IMG/VR virus record: IMGVR_UViG_3300020121_000104
Location: 1-63,682 of that record
DNA length: 63,682 nt
Source of the DNA: a virus
Taxonomy: Duplodnaviria; Caudoviricetes
Direction: 5' to 3' (one strand)
Positions 27,702-37,865 of this stretch are shown in pieces (the first letter of the stretch is position 1; each line of letters begins with the position of its first letter). The translations under genes and the position numbers were made by a program. The notes under the pieces are model-generated. The model was not told the DNA's origin. It ran no database searches and worked only from the letters and a program-made list of their open reading frames with translations.

Positions 27702-29497
27702 TCGAGACTCTTTTGCGTCGCAAAAATGATCGGGCGGCGGGGATCATTCGTCTTAATGGGGTCGCCGACCTTGATGCCCTGGTTACGTACCCATTGTTTA
27801 TGCCTGGCGGGGTCGGAAGCAATGGCGGCAGGCAAGTATGGCGGTGCGATCAAGCGCGGATCGGCGACCTCTTCTTTCGAGAAGAGGGGATGCGTGGCAT
27901 AGTATCGATCTCGTATAGTCTCCCACCCGGAATCGAGATATTGATGTTGCGCTCGGTATTGGCGTGCGAGGTCGGCAAGATCGACGTTCGCCTTGTGAAT
28001 GCGATACATCTCCTCGGCCAGATAACGATTCGACGCGGGGCTGATCCCGAGGGATGCAATCGACTCCTTCATGTTTCGGATTTCCGCCAATTGAATGCGG
28101 CTCACACCGGCACCAGCCATCGCCCTGATCTGTTCGTTCAGAAGGTCGATTGCAGTCTTGTGGAACTCTTCCATGGGTTCCGCAGCACGCGGATTTCCGC
28201 CGAGCGACACGCTCCATTGCTGGAATTTCTTGACCAGATCGCTGCCTGCCCCAGAGAAGAAATTAGGATCGGACATCTGTGTGCGGATCACGTCGAGCTT
28301 TTCATTTCCGAGCCGTCCCGCGACGCCTGCTTCCTGGAGACCCTTGAATGTCTTTTCGCCGGTCGCGATGTCGCCCTTGCGAACCTCATCCTCGATCTTC
28401 TGGGCCTGCACCGGCACATCACGCGCGTTTTTCTGTTCGTTCGTAAATGCCGCCCGCTCCTTTATCGCATCGCGAATCTTCTGCGCCATTGTAAAGGCAT
28501 GATCGGCCTCCGATTTTGCTTGTTCCGCAAGAGCCTTATTGCCGGTGACCGCCGCAGTGTTGCCGATAGCGGCTTTTTGACCGGCATATTTGTACCAGTT
28601 GGCGGCCGTTTTTTCCGTGTATCCAGGAGGAAGACCAGTCGCCTGATCCGGAGGCATCGCTCGTTGCCGTGCTTCCCACTGCCGGGCGGCGGTTACGGGA
28701 CCGCCAGCAGTCCCCGCCGCGTCCACATTCGCCGTTCCCCCACCAGCCTGTGCAAGTGCAGTGGGAGCCGTTCCGCCGACCGGTGCCGGCCCTCCCGATG
28801 GCGCGCCGCCCGCAAGAGCAGGCCCCGCGCCGCCAACATTGTTGCCAACCTCTGCTGCGCTTGTCGCCTCTGCGGGACGCGATACCTCAGATGGAGCCGG
28901 GGCCGCTCCCGTGGTTGCGGCCGAATTCCGCATCCATTTTTCGGCCTGCTGTTCTTGTGCGGGCGTCAGCGGGTCAGATGGATCGATGCCCAACGCTTTG
29001 GCATAGCGATCGATCAGCGGGGAGACATCGCGTTCCCCAAATACCTTGGTGGCAACATTGGCGAGAAACGTCTGATCGCCTGAATTGTCGGCGCCGGAGG
29101 ACGAATATCGCGGCTGTGACTGCGCAGGTTGTGCTGCCGCGCGGGCGAAGGGCGCAAGCGTCGGTCCGGGCTCGTTTCCCTCCATCGAAGGCGGCTGCAA
29201 TCCGGCATTCTGCCGCATCAGTTTGTTGCCGTAGATGAACGGAAGCATCTGCGCCGAGTATTCGCCTCCCCCACGCTTCATCAGTTCATTGATGATCGTA
29301 TCGGGGTCTTGTGATGGTTCTCCGGTTTGCGGATCGAGAATAGGCGTTTGCATGGCGCGCTTTCGCGCCATCTCCCGGCCCTGCATATAGGCTCCCGGGA
29401 GATTGGAAATCTGCTGGCCCAGCGCCAATCCGAAATTGGGATTGGCATACGCCGCAAAGTTCGGCGGCTGAACGACCGTGTAGTCGGATGCGCCCAA
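27698..29497 (-). CDS. DNA ejection protein (gp20 position)
   Basis: Ala/Gln/Pro-rich; synteny. Confidence 0.6.
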   Translation of the reverse strand: MGASDYTVVQPPNFAAYANPNFGLALGQQISNLPGAYMQGREMARKRAMQTPILDPQTGEPSQDPDTIINELMKRGGGEYSAQMLPFIYGNKLMRQNAGLQPPSMEGNEPGPTLAPFARAAAQPAQSQPRYSSSGADNSGDQTFLANVATKVFGERDVSPLIDRYAKALGIDPSDPLTPAQEQQAEKWMRNSAATTGAAPAPSEVSRPAEATSAAEVGNNVGGAGPALAGGAPSGGPAPVGGTAPTALAQAGGGTANVDAAGTAGGPVTAARQWEARQRAMPPDQATGLPPGYTEKTAANWYKYAGQKAAIGNTAAVTGNKALAEQAKSEADHAFTMAQKIRDAIKERAAFTNEQKNARDVPVQAQKIEDEVRKGDIATGEKTFKGLQEAGVAGRLGNEKLDVIRTQMSDPNFFSGAGSDLVKKFQQWSVSLGGNPRAAEPMEEFHKTAIDLLNEQIRAMAGAGVSRIQLAEIRNMKESIASLGISPASNRYLAEEMYRIHKANVDLADLARQYRAQHQYLDSGWETIRDRYYATHPLFSKEEVADPRLIAPPYLPAAIASDPARHKQWVRNQGIKVGDPIKTNDPRRPIIFATQKSLE

Positions 29498-29498
29498 A

Positions 29499-30869
29499 TC
29501 AGTTCCCCTTGTCCTGGTAATGATAGGCGTTCATGGTGGGGAGGGCTCCTATGCCGGCGATGCCGTATTTTTTGAGGATGTCGATCAATCGATCATCGAA
29601 GACAACATAATTGCTGGTCTTGTTCTTGGCGTCGTATTCGGCGGCAGCCTGGGCATCAACCTCAGACTTCTTAGACCTTGCATCATCCATGCGCTGGAAT
29701 GGACCATGTTGCCGCTTGCCTGCCTGATCGGCAACATACCACTGACCGGACTTGTCGGAGACGAGTTGGGTTTGCGGCCCGAAGGGTGCCCGCGATCCCT
29801 GGTCCAGATACTTGATGCCGGGGATGCCGGCTTCGCGGAGATCCTTGGAAGCGCGCACATCACTTGTCGGGAGGGACATACCTGTTTTCGGATCGCGCGC
29901 TGCCTGTGTCAGGTCGATATATGCCTTCCCCGCCGGCATATCCTTAATCTGGTCCCAACGTCCAGGCATCGCCTTTTCAAAAGCATCCCTGACCTTCGGA
30001 TTGGCTTGCTCACTCAGCGGCTTGTCCCAGTCCAGGAAGTGTTCGGGAGGGGCTTTGATGGCGACTTGATACATGTGGCCAAGCTTGCTTTCCGATCTAT
30101 CCTTAAGATGTTTAATGGTCTGCTCTTCAATGGCCGCACTTTTCGCAGGAAGATTCTTTGGTGCCTCCCGAAGATACTTTAGCGCCGCTTCCCGGTCCCC
30201 CTTGAATTCGTCAAGCCAGAAAGCAGCAGCGTCGGCTGGGCTGTCATTATTGATCGTTTTCAGCCCAAGAGTTCTGCGATAGTCCTTCGCCACCCCCTCA
30301 TTCTCAGCAAAATAAAACCCATGCCCATAAGCCTGTGCCCCTTCTCCGGTTCCTATCTTGGAGAGGTCGAAGCGATCGAAGTCATGCGGGCTGCCGTGAT
30401 ATGCGGTAATGAAGTCGGAGAGGGTGCCGGTTTTGGGTTCCACTGCTGCCGGTTGCGCAAGTTTTCCCCCCGCCATTCCCGCCGCTCCCGGCCTCGCCCC
30501 GAGCATTCCCCATCCAAGTGTACCTGAAGCCACATCGGTTGCCCGTCGAATTCCCTCCGGGCTGTTCGGATCGATAGCCCCCTCGGCCACCTGGCCCATA
30601 AGCGTAGGCCCGGCCATCAGGGTATTGACCAGCTTATTGCCGAGCACCGTACCGACATCCGGCAAGCCGCTCACGCGCTCGTTGGCCTTGGCATACGGTG
30701 CCCGGAGACGCCGCGCCGCCGCTTCTGCTGCCGCCTGGGCTTGCTCCGGATCAGTGAGATACGGCGCAAGCAGTTCCGCAGGCGATTTCCCCATCACCCG
30801 CGGAGGCGGCTGTGGAGGCGCTTGCGCGAGCCATTGGTTCAATGGACCGGCATAGGAGACGTCGGACAT
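29499..30869 (-). CDS. Ejection-cluster protein with ADP-ribosyltransferase-like (ART-PolyVal) domain
   Basis: AYHGSPHDFDRFD..KIGTGEGAQAYGHGFYFAEN...GIPGIKYLD...NYVVFD. Confidence 0.7.
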   Translation of the reverse strand: MSDVSYAGPLNQWLAQAPPQPPPRVMGKSPAELLAPYLTDPEQAQAAAEAAARRLRAPYAKANERVSGLPDVGTVLGNKLVNTLMAGPTLMGQVAEGAIDPNSPEGIRRATDVASGTLGWGMLGARPGAAGMAGGKLAQPAAVEPKTGTLSDFITAYHGSPHDFDRFDLSKIGTGEGAQAYGHGFYFAENEGVAKDYRRTLGLKTINNDSPADAAAFWLDEFKGDREAALKYLREAPKNLPAKSAAIEEQTIKHLKDRSESKLGHMYQVAIKAPPEHFLDWDKPLSEQANPKVRDAFEKAMPGRWDQIKDMPAGKAYIDLTQAARDPKTGMSLPTSDVRASKDLREAGIPGIKYLDQGSRAPFGPQTQLVSDKSGQWYVADQAGKRQHGPFQRMDDARSKKSEVDAQAAAEYDAKNKTSNYVVFDDRLIDILKKYGIAGIGALPTMNAYHYQDKGN

Positions 30870-30876
30870 GGGAAGG

Positions 30877-31341
30877 TCAATAGAGGCCCTGTGGTCCACG
30901 CGGATCGGTGGGGGTTGGAGGATACCCACTCCGTTCATTGATCGCATCAAATCCTTGCCTCACTCGATCATTCGGGTTGATGCCGAATGCGCCCTTAGCC
31001 AAGGCCCCAACACCCATAGGATAAGCATTCATTTGAGGAAACGACGCAGAACCCGGCAAGCCCCGCTGATTGAGCCAGTCCTGTAAGCGCTGGCCCCATC
31101 CAGATGGGCCATTGACGTTATTCGTCGGCTGGCCTTGCTGAGGCATTCCCTGCATCTGGGCCGGCGGGCGGATGTTCATAGGACCAGCGGCCTGGCCCGG
31201 CTGTTGCCCGGGTTGCTGTGGCCGTTGCGTCAGGTTGTTTCCGATGTTGTTCGCGATGCCCTGCCAGTCCATGAGACCGCCGGCATAATTCGGCGTTCCG
31301 CCGACCATGTAAGGATTATCAGGCACTCTTGAACCCTCCAT
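30877..31341 (-). CDS. Gln/Gly/Pro-rich hypothetical protein
   Basis: Ejection cluster; start probably near 31325. Confidence 0.55.
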   Translation of the reverse strand: MEGSRVPDNPYMVGGTPNYAGGLMDWQGIANNIGNNLTQRPQQPGQQPGQAAGPMNIRPPAQMQGMPQQGQPTNNVNGPSGWGQRLQDWLNQRGLPGSASFPQMNAYPMGVGALAKGAFGINPNDRVRQGFDAINERSGYPPTPTDPRGPQGLY

Positions 31342-31987
31342 AAAGCTTTGCGCCGAGCCCTAAGCCGCCGGCAATCGCACCGAGGGCGTTCTGAGATGCT
31401 GTCAAGCCGGCAAGGTCTGCATTGGCGTTCGCATTCCCGATAGAGGTTTGCGCGCCGTATTGTGCGTTGCCCAGATTGGCATAGTTTTGATTGAGTTGAT
31501 TTCCCAGCCCCGAATAGAGCCCGCCGATCCCACTCGCTGCCTGGTTCTCTTGATTGAGGTAGGGCTGCAGGTTTTGAATATATTGATTCCAGCCCTGATT
31601 GGCGAGGCCCTGGGAATACTTGTCGATATCGAGATTGGTCGCGCCAGAGGCAAGCTGTCCCGTCCTTGCCTGATTGGCGAGGACATCGTTGATACCCTGC
31701 TGGAGCTGGAACTGATATCCTGGATTGTTCTGGAACGCGGCGACAGCCGCTTGATTGCCCGCCGCGCCGTTGAGCCCGAGCGCATTGCCGAGTGCAGTCC
31801 CGCCCTGCTGGGCTTGGCCGTAGTTCTGAAGGAATGGTTGCAGCCCGGCGGTATAGTTGGTCTGAAGCGCGCCGCGCCCCTGGCCGAACGATTTGGTGAG
31901 GTCGCCGAGGCCCGCATTGATGCCGGCGATCTGGGCGTTGGCGGCGTTGCGCTGGTCGCCCGTCCCGAAGATGTCGAATAGGCCCAT
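31319..31987 (-). CDS. P22 gp7-like DNA transfer protein
   Basis: MGLFDIFG; FQNNPGYQFQLQQG...SGAT...YSQGLANQ. Confidence 0.75.
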   Translation of the reverse strand: MGLFDIFGTGDQRNAANAQIAGINAGLGDLTKSFGQGRGALQTNYTAGLQPFLQNYGQAQQGGTALGNALGLNGAAGNQAAVAAFQNNPGYQFQLQQGINDVLANQARTGQLASGATNLDIDKYSQGLANQGWNQYIQNLQPYLNQENQAASGIGGLYSGLGNQLNQNYANLGNAQYGAQTSIGNANANADLAGLTASQNALGAIAGGLGLGAKLYGGFKSA

Positions 31988-32238
31988 TATGTCACCCTAA
32001 CCATTAAAACAGACCCGTTGCGATAAGCTTGCCCGATCTGCACACCCGCCGCCGCCGCCGCCCCGTCATTCGCCGCATTGACAAGTTGAACCGGAGACCC
32101 GAACAGCCCTCCCGCCAACGCTCGCACACACGCATCAAGCTTCGCCATGTACTGTGCAAATGGCTGTGTCGGCTTATTTCCGTGAGTGACCCAATCGAAA
32201 CTCGGTTGGGGCAACGGTATGTCGGGAGGGGAGGCCAT
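31987..32238 (-). CDS. Small tail protein
   Basis: ANDGAAAAAGVQIGQAYRNGS. Confidence 0.65.
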   Translation of the reverse strand: MASPPDIPLPQPSFDWVTHGNKPTQPFAQYMAKLDACVRALAGGLFGSPVQLVNAANDGAAAAAGVQIGQAYRNGSVLMVRVT

Positions 32239-32241
32239 CGC

Positions 32242-32568
32242 CTATGCTCCCACATCCCTCGGATCAGTCGCCTGCGTGGCAGCATCGCTTGAAGGCGCTT
32301 CCGGCATCTTATCAGGTCCCATAATTGTGATGCCGCCCCATCTCATTATGAACTGATTTTTACTAGGATAATAGGCTCCGTTGGCTTGCCAAAACTGTTC
32401 CGTAAATGCTTTTTTCATTTTTTCTCTAACGGCGTTATCTGGAATAATAATGACGACATTAGTCGGGTCGATGCGCATCTTGCGAAGAGTTCTCCTTAAA
32501 AGATTTAATGCATCAGAAACTTTGGCATCACTCAATACTAAAGTGTTTGATGTTTCCATGTTTTCCAT
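32242..32568 (-). CDS. AT-rich insert gene carrying a copy of the gp10 C-terminus
   Basis: Ends ATQATDPRDVGA; 35-bp repeat 32243-32277 / 32587-32621. Confidence 0.7.
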   Translation of the reverse strand: MENMETSNTLVLSDAKVSDALNLLRRTLRKMRIDPTNVVIIIPDNAVREKMKKAFTEQFWQANGAYYPSKNQFIMRWGGITIMGPDKMPEAPSSDAATQATDPRDVGA

Positions 32569-32585
32569 GTTTGCGGCACCTTCTG

Positions 32586-34343
32586 TTATGCTCCCACATC
32601 CCTCGGATCAGTCGCCTGCGTCGCCTCTAGGAATCCGCAATAGACGGGATCGCTCACATCGATCCGCCAGCGGCACCCCATCGGCCCGGACAGTCCCATC
32701 GACTTGACGGAGGCCCGTGGCCGCTGCGTCTGCCCTTGCTTGCCGAGATACCTGATCAGCGGATTGCCCCAACGATTGCCGCCATCCTTCGACAGCGAGA
32801 TCGCGACGGCAGGATTGATTTCGTTGGGTGGGCTCGTCACATCGACCAGCGTCCCACCGGAGACATAGGCATGAACGAACACGCTTCCGATCAATTCCAC
32901 ATGCGTCTGATAGATAATACGCAACGGCCATGTGCCGTTGGCTTCCGTAGTGCCGATGACGCCTGACACGATGCCGGTATCATTGGTCGCCATCCGTGCG
33001 GTATTGCTCACCGTCAGACGCACGACGCCGCCGGTTCCCGCCGCTGCGCCGGAGACATTCGTGAGGACATTCGCAACGGCGATGCCGACGCCCTTGTCAA
33101 ACTGGAAATCAGCGCGCGCGATGCGCAACAGATTAGGGAAGTCAGCGACGGGACCGGATTCCATCCTGAATAAAAGAACCGCGCCGTTCTCAGTGAAGTT
33201 TGTGACATCGATCCACAAGATGTTGCCACCCGCCTGGTCGCCGCCGAGCCATTTATTGAAGGCGGGATGTCCGCAGGTAAACCGCCAGCGGCCGAATGCC
33301 CCCGTGGCAACAGAGAGCGACCAACGCTCGTTCCACTTGTTGGTCGACAGGTTGAATTCCCATGTCCATGCCGGCGAGGACAGCGCCCAGAATTTCTTGC
33401 CGCCGAAGGCATAGACGCCGGCTTCAAGAAGATTTCCGGCTCTCACCTGGGCCTCGATCAGGCGATCGAGATCAGGCGGAGAAATCTTCGTGGGTTGGAA
33501 TTGTCCGGGCATACAGAGATACACGCCGAAGTCTTGCGCAACCCAAATCAGCACCGAAAAGCCGGTTTCCCATCCCGCGATGGCATTGGCCTGCACCAAC
33601 CCGTATTCGATGACGGAGAGTCGCCCGTAAGGAAACGCAGGCGCGACGCCCGCCACGTCCTGCCATATCTCGCATGATCCCGTGGTGAACAGCCACAGCA
33701 TGCCGGAGAAGGCGATCCCACGCAGCAGCACGACATCGGACTTGGCTTGGGCTGTAATGAATGTCTGGGAATTCCAATTCGCAGCGGTGATGTCATTGAG
33801 TGGTGATGCGAAGCAACGGCCATCAGCAATTGTTATAAACAAATATCCATCCTGGAAACATACCGAATTGCCTTGGGGAACCCTGCCAGACGTGTTTAGA
33901 AGAACAGGAGATGACGGCGTGCCGTTTACCGTTAGCGCCCAAATCCCATTATCTATGTCAGCCGCCAGCACATCCGGCCCGGCTCCACTGTTCTTATTCT
34001 GATTGTGGGCGATAGAGACTTTCTTGTTTCCAGGCAGCGCGCCCAACAGCGTCACGACGCCATTGGCATCGACCGTATAGACGTTTGTCCATACCTCGAA
34101 ACTGAGATTGTTGACGATCAGGCCGCCGCGATACGCTGCGGTCTCCGATGTGATCGCGAACAAAGAGAAACCGGGCTGACGACGCCAGACCTGCGGAGCC
34201 GGTGCCGATGATTTGCCTGCCGATGGATCGCCAAGAGGCTCGGCAGAACAATTGATGAGCCTGCCCGCGCTCTCCTGGGAATTAGCACCAGGGAAAGACG
34301 ATAGCGGCCATGGGATTTGAGTGGGGGATCCGGGTTCAGCCAC
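32586..34343 (-). CDS. P22 gp10-like tail hub / packaged DNA stabilisation protein
   Basis: RLINCSAEP, RGGL, TKISPPDLDRLI, SKDGGNRWGNP; GTG start. Confidence 0.8.
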   Translation of the reverse strand: MAEPGSPTQIPWPLSSFPGANSQESAGRLINCSAEPLGDPSAGKSSAPAPQVWRRQPGFSLFAITSETAAYRGGLIVNNLSFEVWTNVYTVDANGVVTLLGALPGNKKVSIAHNQNKNSGAGPDVLAADIDNGIWALTVNGTPSSPVLLNTSGRVPQGNSVCFQDGYLFITIADGRCFASPLNDITAANWNSQTFITAQAKSDVVLLRGIAFSGMLWLFTTGSCEIWQDVAGVAPAFPYGRLSVIEYGLVQANAIAGWETGFSVLIWVAQDFGVYLCMPGQFQPTKISPPDLDRLIEAQVRAGNLLEAGVYAFGGKKFWALSSPAWTWEFNLSTNKWNERWSLSVATGAFGRWRFTCGHPAFNKWLGGDQAGGNILWIDVTNFTENGAVLLFRMESGPVADFPNLLRIARADFQFDKGVGIAVANVLTNVSGAAAGTGGVVRLTVSNTARMATNDTGIVSGVIGTTEANGTWPLRIIYQTHVELIGSVFVHAYVSGGTLVDVTSPPNEINPAVAISLSKDGGNRWGNPLIRYLGKQGQTQRPRASVKSMGLSGPMGCRWRIDVSDPVYCGFLEATQATDPRDVGA

Positions 34344-34536
34344 CTTGGCGTCCTTTAGCCAACTTAGGCACCGGAAAGAAATATGGCCGCGTCGGTTGCG
34401 TCCGTCTCCTACGCCATGCAAACATGCTTAATTTTAGAAACGCATCGAAGGACTGAGAATGTAAACCAAAACCACTTGCTTCTTTTCTTGCCACTTCAAG
34501 CAATTCAAGCGCATCGCTATATGAAATCATCATCAA
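34336..34536 (-). CDS. Hypothetical inserted gene
   Basis: AT-rich ORF between gp4- and gp10-like genes. Confidence 0.45.
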   Translation of the reverse strand: MMMISYSDALELLEVARKEASGFGLHSQSFDAFLKLSMFAWRRRRTQPTRPYFFPVPKLAKGRQGG

Positions 34537-34934
34537 AAATACTCCACCCGCAGCACTTCCTGCGTGGGACGCGCACGGGATATCTGCTTGAGCGACTTCG
34601 CCGCCGCACCACTGCCAACCTCAGTTCCGGCAGCACCGCCGAGCCCCCTGTTGAGAAGATCGGTAAGCGCTTGCCCCGTCGTTCCGAACTTGGTTGCGAC
34701 TTCTCCCGCCACGATATCGGCGAGGTCGGAAAAGAACACGCCGGGGATGGTATTGCTGTCCGCAATGTAGACGATTTCCAGGCCCGCCAGTTTGCGTAGA
34801 ATGGCGTCAAGTTTTTCCTGGACGTAATTATAGTCCTCCGGGTCAATCGGCTGGCCGGCCGAGAGCACGCCGATATTGGCGAGCGTTTCGGTGATGAGGT
34901 CGGCTTTGGTGCGGTAGGGAGAAGTGGGAGGCAT
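34533..34934 (-). CDS. P22 gp4-like head-tail adaptor
   Basis: TKADLITETLANIGVLSAGQ; C-terminal EYF. Confidence 0.75.
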   Translation of the reverse strand: MPPTSPYRTKADLITETLANIGVLSAGQPIDPEDYNYVQEKLDAILRKLAGLEIVYIADSNTIPGVFFSDLADIVAGEVATKFGTTGQALTDLLNRGLGGAAGTEVGSGAAAKSLKQISRARPTQEVLRVEYF

Positions 34935-34937
34935 GCG

Positions 34938-35477
34938 TTATGCCACTTCCTTCAACTGATCCCGCTTCGCATCAAGGAACGGCCGGAGATAGTTTTCGTC
35001 CTTTTGCTCGCAGCCGCATTTTTCACGAAGGTTTGCCTCACCCTCCCAGCGCTGTTCGAGCTGCCGTGGCGTGTTGGTTTCCCTGATCCAACCCATGGCA
35101 TAGCCGCGATATTGGTCTGCATCGGTCGGAAGCCGCTGCGAGCCCAGCCTGCGTTCTGCACGCACGCCGTCGACCATGAAGCCGGAATTGCCGCGGGCAA
35201 GCTCGACCACAGAAATACGCCCAGGCACGCCGCGGGAGCGGATTTCGCCCTCGGGGCCGACGCTTTCCTTCCGCGTCAGACATTCCACCGTCGCACTGAG
35301 CGGAACCTGCACGGGTACATTGAGCTTAAAGTCGATGCCCCAGCATTTCGTTTTCGAGGGGCCGTCTTCGTCAACGTAAACGATCTCCGCCGTCGCCTTG
35401 AGCGTATCCATTAGACCTCTGATCTCTTTGTCACTGGCCTTCGCAATCTCGCCGGACTTGATGTCGTCTTTTGCCAT
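34938..35477 (-). CDS. Hypothetical protein
   Basis: RBS aagga; operon position. Confidence 0.7.
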   Translation of the reverse strand: MAKDDIKSGEIAKASDKEIRGLMDTLKATAEIVYVDEDGPSKTKCWGIDFKLNVPVQVPLSATVECLTRKESVGPEGEIRSRGVPGRISVVELARGNSGFMVDGVRAERRLGSQRLPTDADQYRGYAMGWIRETNTPRQLEQRWEGEANLREKCGCEQKDENYLRPFLDAKRDQLKEVA

Positions 35478-35721
35478 GGTGAGTCCTTATGAGTTTGAAT
35501 GGAAAAGGATGGGACCGTTTTCCCGTTCAATTTCGGCTCTCGTGGTCCGTCGTCATAACGGGAGCGTATTCCATCCATACACCGTTGAACCGCCCTGGTC
35601 TGCCAGGAGCGCCCAGATGCGTCCGGATGTCCAACGATGTTATTTGAGGGCGGTAGCCCTTCCGGGGAGGACGAGGGCCACCGCCCAACGGTTTCCGGCG
35701 GTGCCGCCCGCCGGTCGCCGA

Positions 35722-36330
35722 TTACTGCGGGGGCGGCGCTGCGGGCGGTTCATGCGTCGGCGGGGGCAATTCTGGCGGTGGCGGCGAAGCCATGGGACCA
35801 CCTGGAGGGCCGCCCTCGGGACCGACTGGAGGCCGCCTATCGGGGAAGCGATCTTCTCGGATACGTCCATCCGGCAACAATTCATCCGGCTTGCGCGTCA
35901 CCGGAGAGAGTTTGCGATCTTCTGCCACCGCATCGGCGACTGCTGTCGTTGCCACGCCGGCATCGCCGCCGCTATCGATAACGGCAAGCAAAGACCGCTC
36001 GGCCACCACCCAATGGGGGCGATCCCTTACGTCTGCCGGAAGCGTCTTTATGTAATCAACGGCATCCTCCGCAGTCTCGGCCGCAGTCACGGTGCCATCC
36101 GGTTTTCTGATCAGCACGGTCCTGGTCAGGTCATGCTTGGGCACCACCACTGTTCCGGTACTGGCCGCCACGATGGCCTCGAGTTCCGCAATGTCCCCCG
36201 GCGCGATCGGCGCGTTGTGCCTGGCGTTGGTCTTTATGCTATTCACAACAGCACGCAGACGATCCGGCACGGGGGTCTCCTGCGGAGGCTCCGGAGCATA
36301 TACTTCATTGACCGGCACATCATCGACCAT
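35722..36330 (-). CDS. Hypothetical protein, Pro-rich C-terminus
   Basis: RBS gaggg. Confidence 0.6.
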   Translation of the reverse strand: MVDDVPVNEVYAPEPPQETPVPDRLRAVVNSIKTNARHNAPIAPGDIAELEAIVAASTGTVVVPKHDLTRTVLIRKPDGTVTAAETAEDAVDYIKTLPADVRDRPHWVVAERSLLAVIDSGGDAGVATTAVADAVAEDRKLSPVTRKPDELLPDGRIREDRFPDRRPPVGPEGGPPGGPMASPPPPELPPPTHEPPAAPPPQ

Positions 36331-36386
36331 GTTACTACCCTCTCTTTGAGTTGATCCCGAGTAGGGCCGGGAGCGTGCCCGTTAAA

Positions 36387-36776
36387 TCAAGGAATGAGCG
36401 CGGCCCGCCAATCTACGGAAGACGCGCCCTTCGCCAAGTGCGCTGTGGGGATAGCGATGAAAATTCCGCTTGTTCCCGTCGTGATCTGGAATGCTGCGTT
36501 TGCCACTCCATTCATGGTTTCGCCGACCGTAGGATAGACATTAATGGTCTGGGCCGAGTCGTTCACAACGAACACCAATGGTGGTGCCTCATTGCTGATG
36601 AGGCTCTTGAGGATGAAACTGCCTGTGCTCACCGCCTTGGTAACGCGGTGGAGTTCCCCGACCAGCGCGATCGCGCCGGTCTGCGTCGCAGTGGCCACGG
36701 TGGAACTGAGATTATCAATCACCGGGAACGCCAGCAGACCAAGATTGTAGAGAAGGGCGGTATTGGCGACGCTCAT
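36387..36776 (-). CDS. Capsid decoration-like beta protein
   Basis: VVND...INVYP..GETMNG. Confidence 0.6.
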   Translation of the reverse strand: MSVANTALLYNLGLLAFPVIDNLSSTVATATQTGAIALVGELHRVTKAVSTGSFILKSLISNEAPPLVFVVNDSAQTINVYPTVGETMNGVANAAFQITTGTSGIFIAIPTAHLAKGASSVDWRAALIP

Positions 36777-36788
36777 GGCGATGACCTT

Positions 36789-37178
36789 TCAGTTAAACAC
36801 GACGATTGAGATAACCAGAGTTCCATTGAATGCGGCGGCGGCAGCATCATTGAATATGACGACAGTCGCCACAGCATTTCCAGGCGTCACCGTACCCAAT
36901 GTCGGAATTCCGGTCGTGTTGGTCCCATTTCCGACCGACGCCATCACGAGACTCGTCGGAGTGACCGCAGAGCAGTTGATGGTGAATGTCACTGCCGTCA
37001 CAGCCGCCGTCGTAAGTGATTGCGTCGTTACTATTCCGGCATCGGTATAGAACGTCGCGACGTTGGATGCGTTCGCGGTAACATAGGAGGCTTCAGGAAA
37101 CAGATTGATGGCAGATACTGGGCCTGCAATGCCAAGCGCGAGGACGATCGCGCTCAAGGTGCGAAAGATATTGCGCAT
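36789..37178 (-). CDS. Thr/Val-rich structural protein with signal peptide
   Basis: MRNIFRTLSAIVLALGIAGPVSA; GIVTTQSLTTAA. Confidence 0.7.
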   Translation of the reverse strand: MRNIFRTLSAIVLALGIAGPVSAINLFPEASYVTANASNVATFYTDAGIVTTQSLTTAAVTAVTFTINCSAVTPTSLVMASVGNGTNTTGIPTLGTVTPGNAVATVVIFNDAAAAAFNGTLVISIVVFN

Positions 37179-37241
37179 GGCGCTGTCCTTGTTGTTTGAG
37201 GAAGACGGCCGGGAATTCCGGCCGCCCTTACGCAGGACTGA

Positions 37242-37838
37242 TCAGCAGCCAGTCGCCGTGGAGCCAAGTGGAACCGGAGCGCAACTTCCATCATTCGGAG
37301 CTGCGTATTCGAGCACAAAGGCAGCCAATCCAGCCGTCGGCGTCGCGCCAGTAAACGTCATGGTGGCGTATACGTCGAACCCTCCCAGAGTGCCACTTTG
37401 AGCAATACCGTTGCCGGTCAAGACGACGCCAAGGTTGCCAGCCACAAGTGTGCCTTGAACTGGTGCCAGAGTCGCCTGAAACCCGGTCACTGCGGCCATG
37501 ATATTAACGGCCGTAGTCGAAGTCGTGCCAAGCGAAATCAAGTTCGTCGTGCTGCCAAACGCGACTTCGCCCTGATAGTAGACGCGCAGAAGGAACGCGT
37601 TGTAGGGCAACGCGCCGACTTTGACCGTGCAATTCCCAGCAGGAGTGCAGGAATTGAATGCCACACTGAACCGCAAATAGTGTGTCTGCTGCGTTTGAAA
37701 CATTCGCGGCGAGAAGCTGCGTTGCCCGCCGGGAACAGCCTGCGAATACGCAGGCACAACCATGGTCGTCGCGAGCGCGGCGAACAGGAAAAGACCGGCA
37801 GCCACCGCGCCGATCGCATTGCGGAAGATGTTGCGCAT
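37242..37838 (-). CDS. Capsid cement/decoration-like protein with signal peptide
   Basis: First gene after the capsid; VGALPYNA..AF, TGATPTAG.A; 4 Cys. Confidence 0.7.
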   Translation of the reverse strand: MRNIFRNAIGAVAAGLFLFAALATTMVVPAYSQAVPGGQRSFSPRMFQTQQTHYLRFSVAFNSCTPAGNCTVKVGALPYNAFLLRVYYQGEVAFGSTTNLISLGTTSTTAVNIMAAVTGFQATLAPVQGTLVAGNLGVVLTGNGIAQSGTLGGFDVYATMTFTGATPTAGLAAFVLEYAAPNDGSCAPVPLGSTATGC

Positions 37839-37865
37839 GATGTTGACCTTTCGATGAATGGGGGA

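Noticed and set aside
35520-35595. Hammerhead-like TGACGA...GAAA on the minus strand
   Set aside because: Core lacks the leading C, stem II closure is mismatched and there is no UH cleavage site
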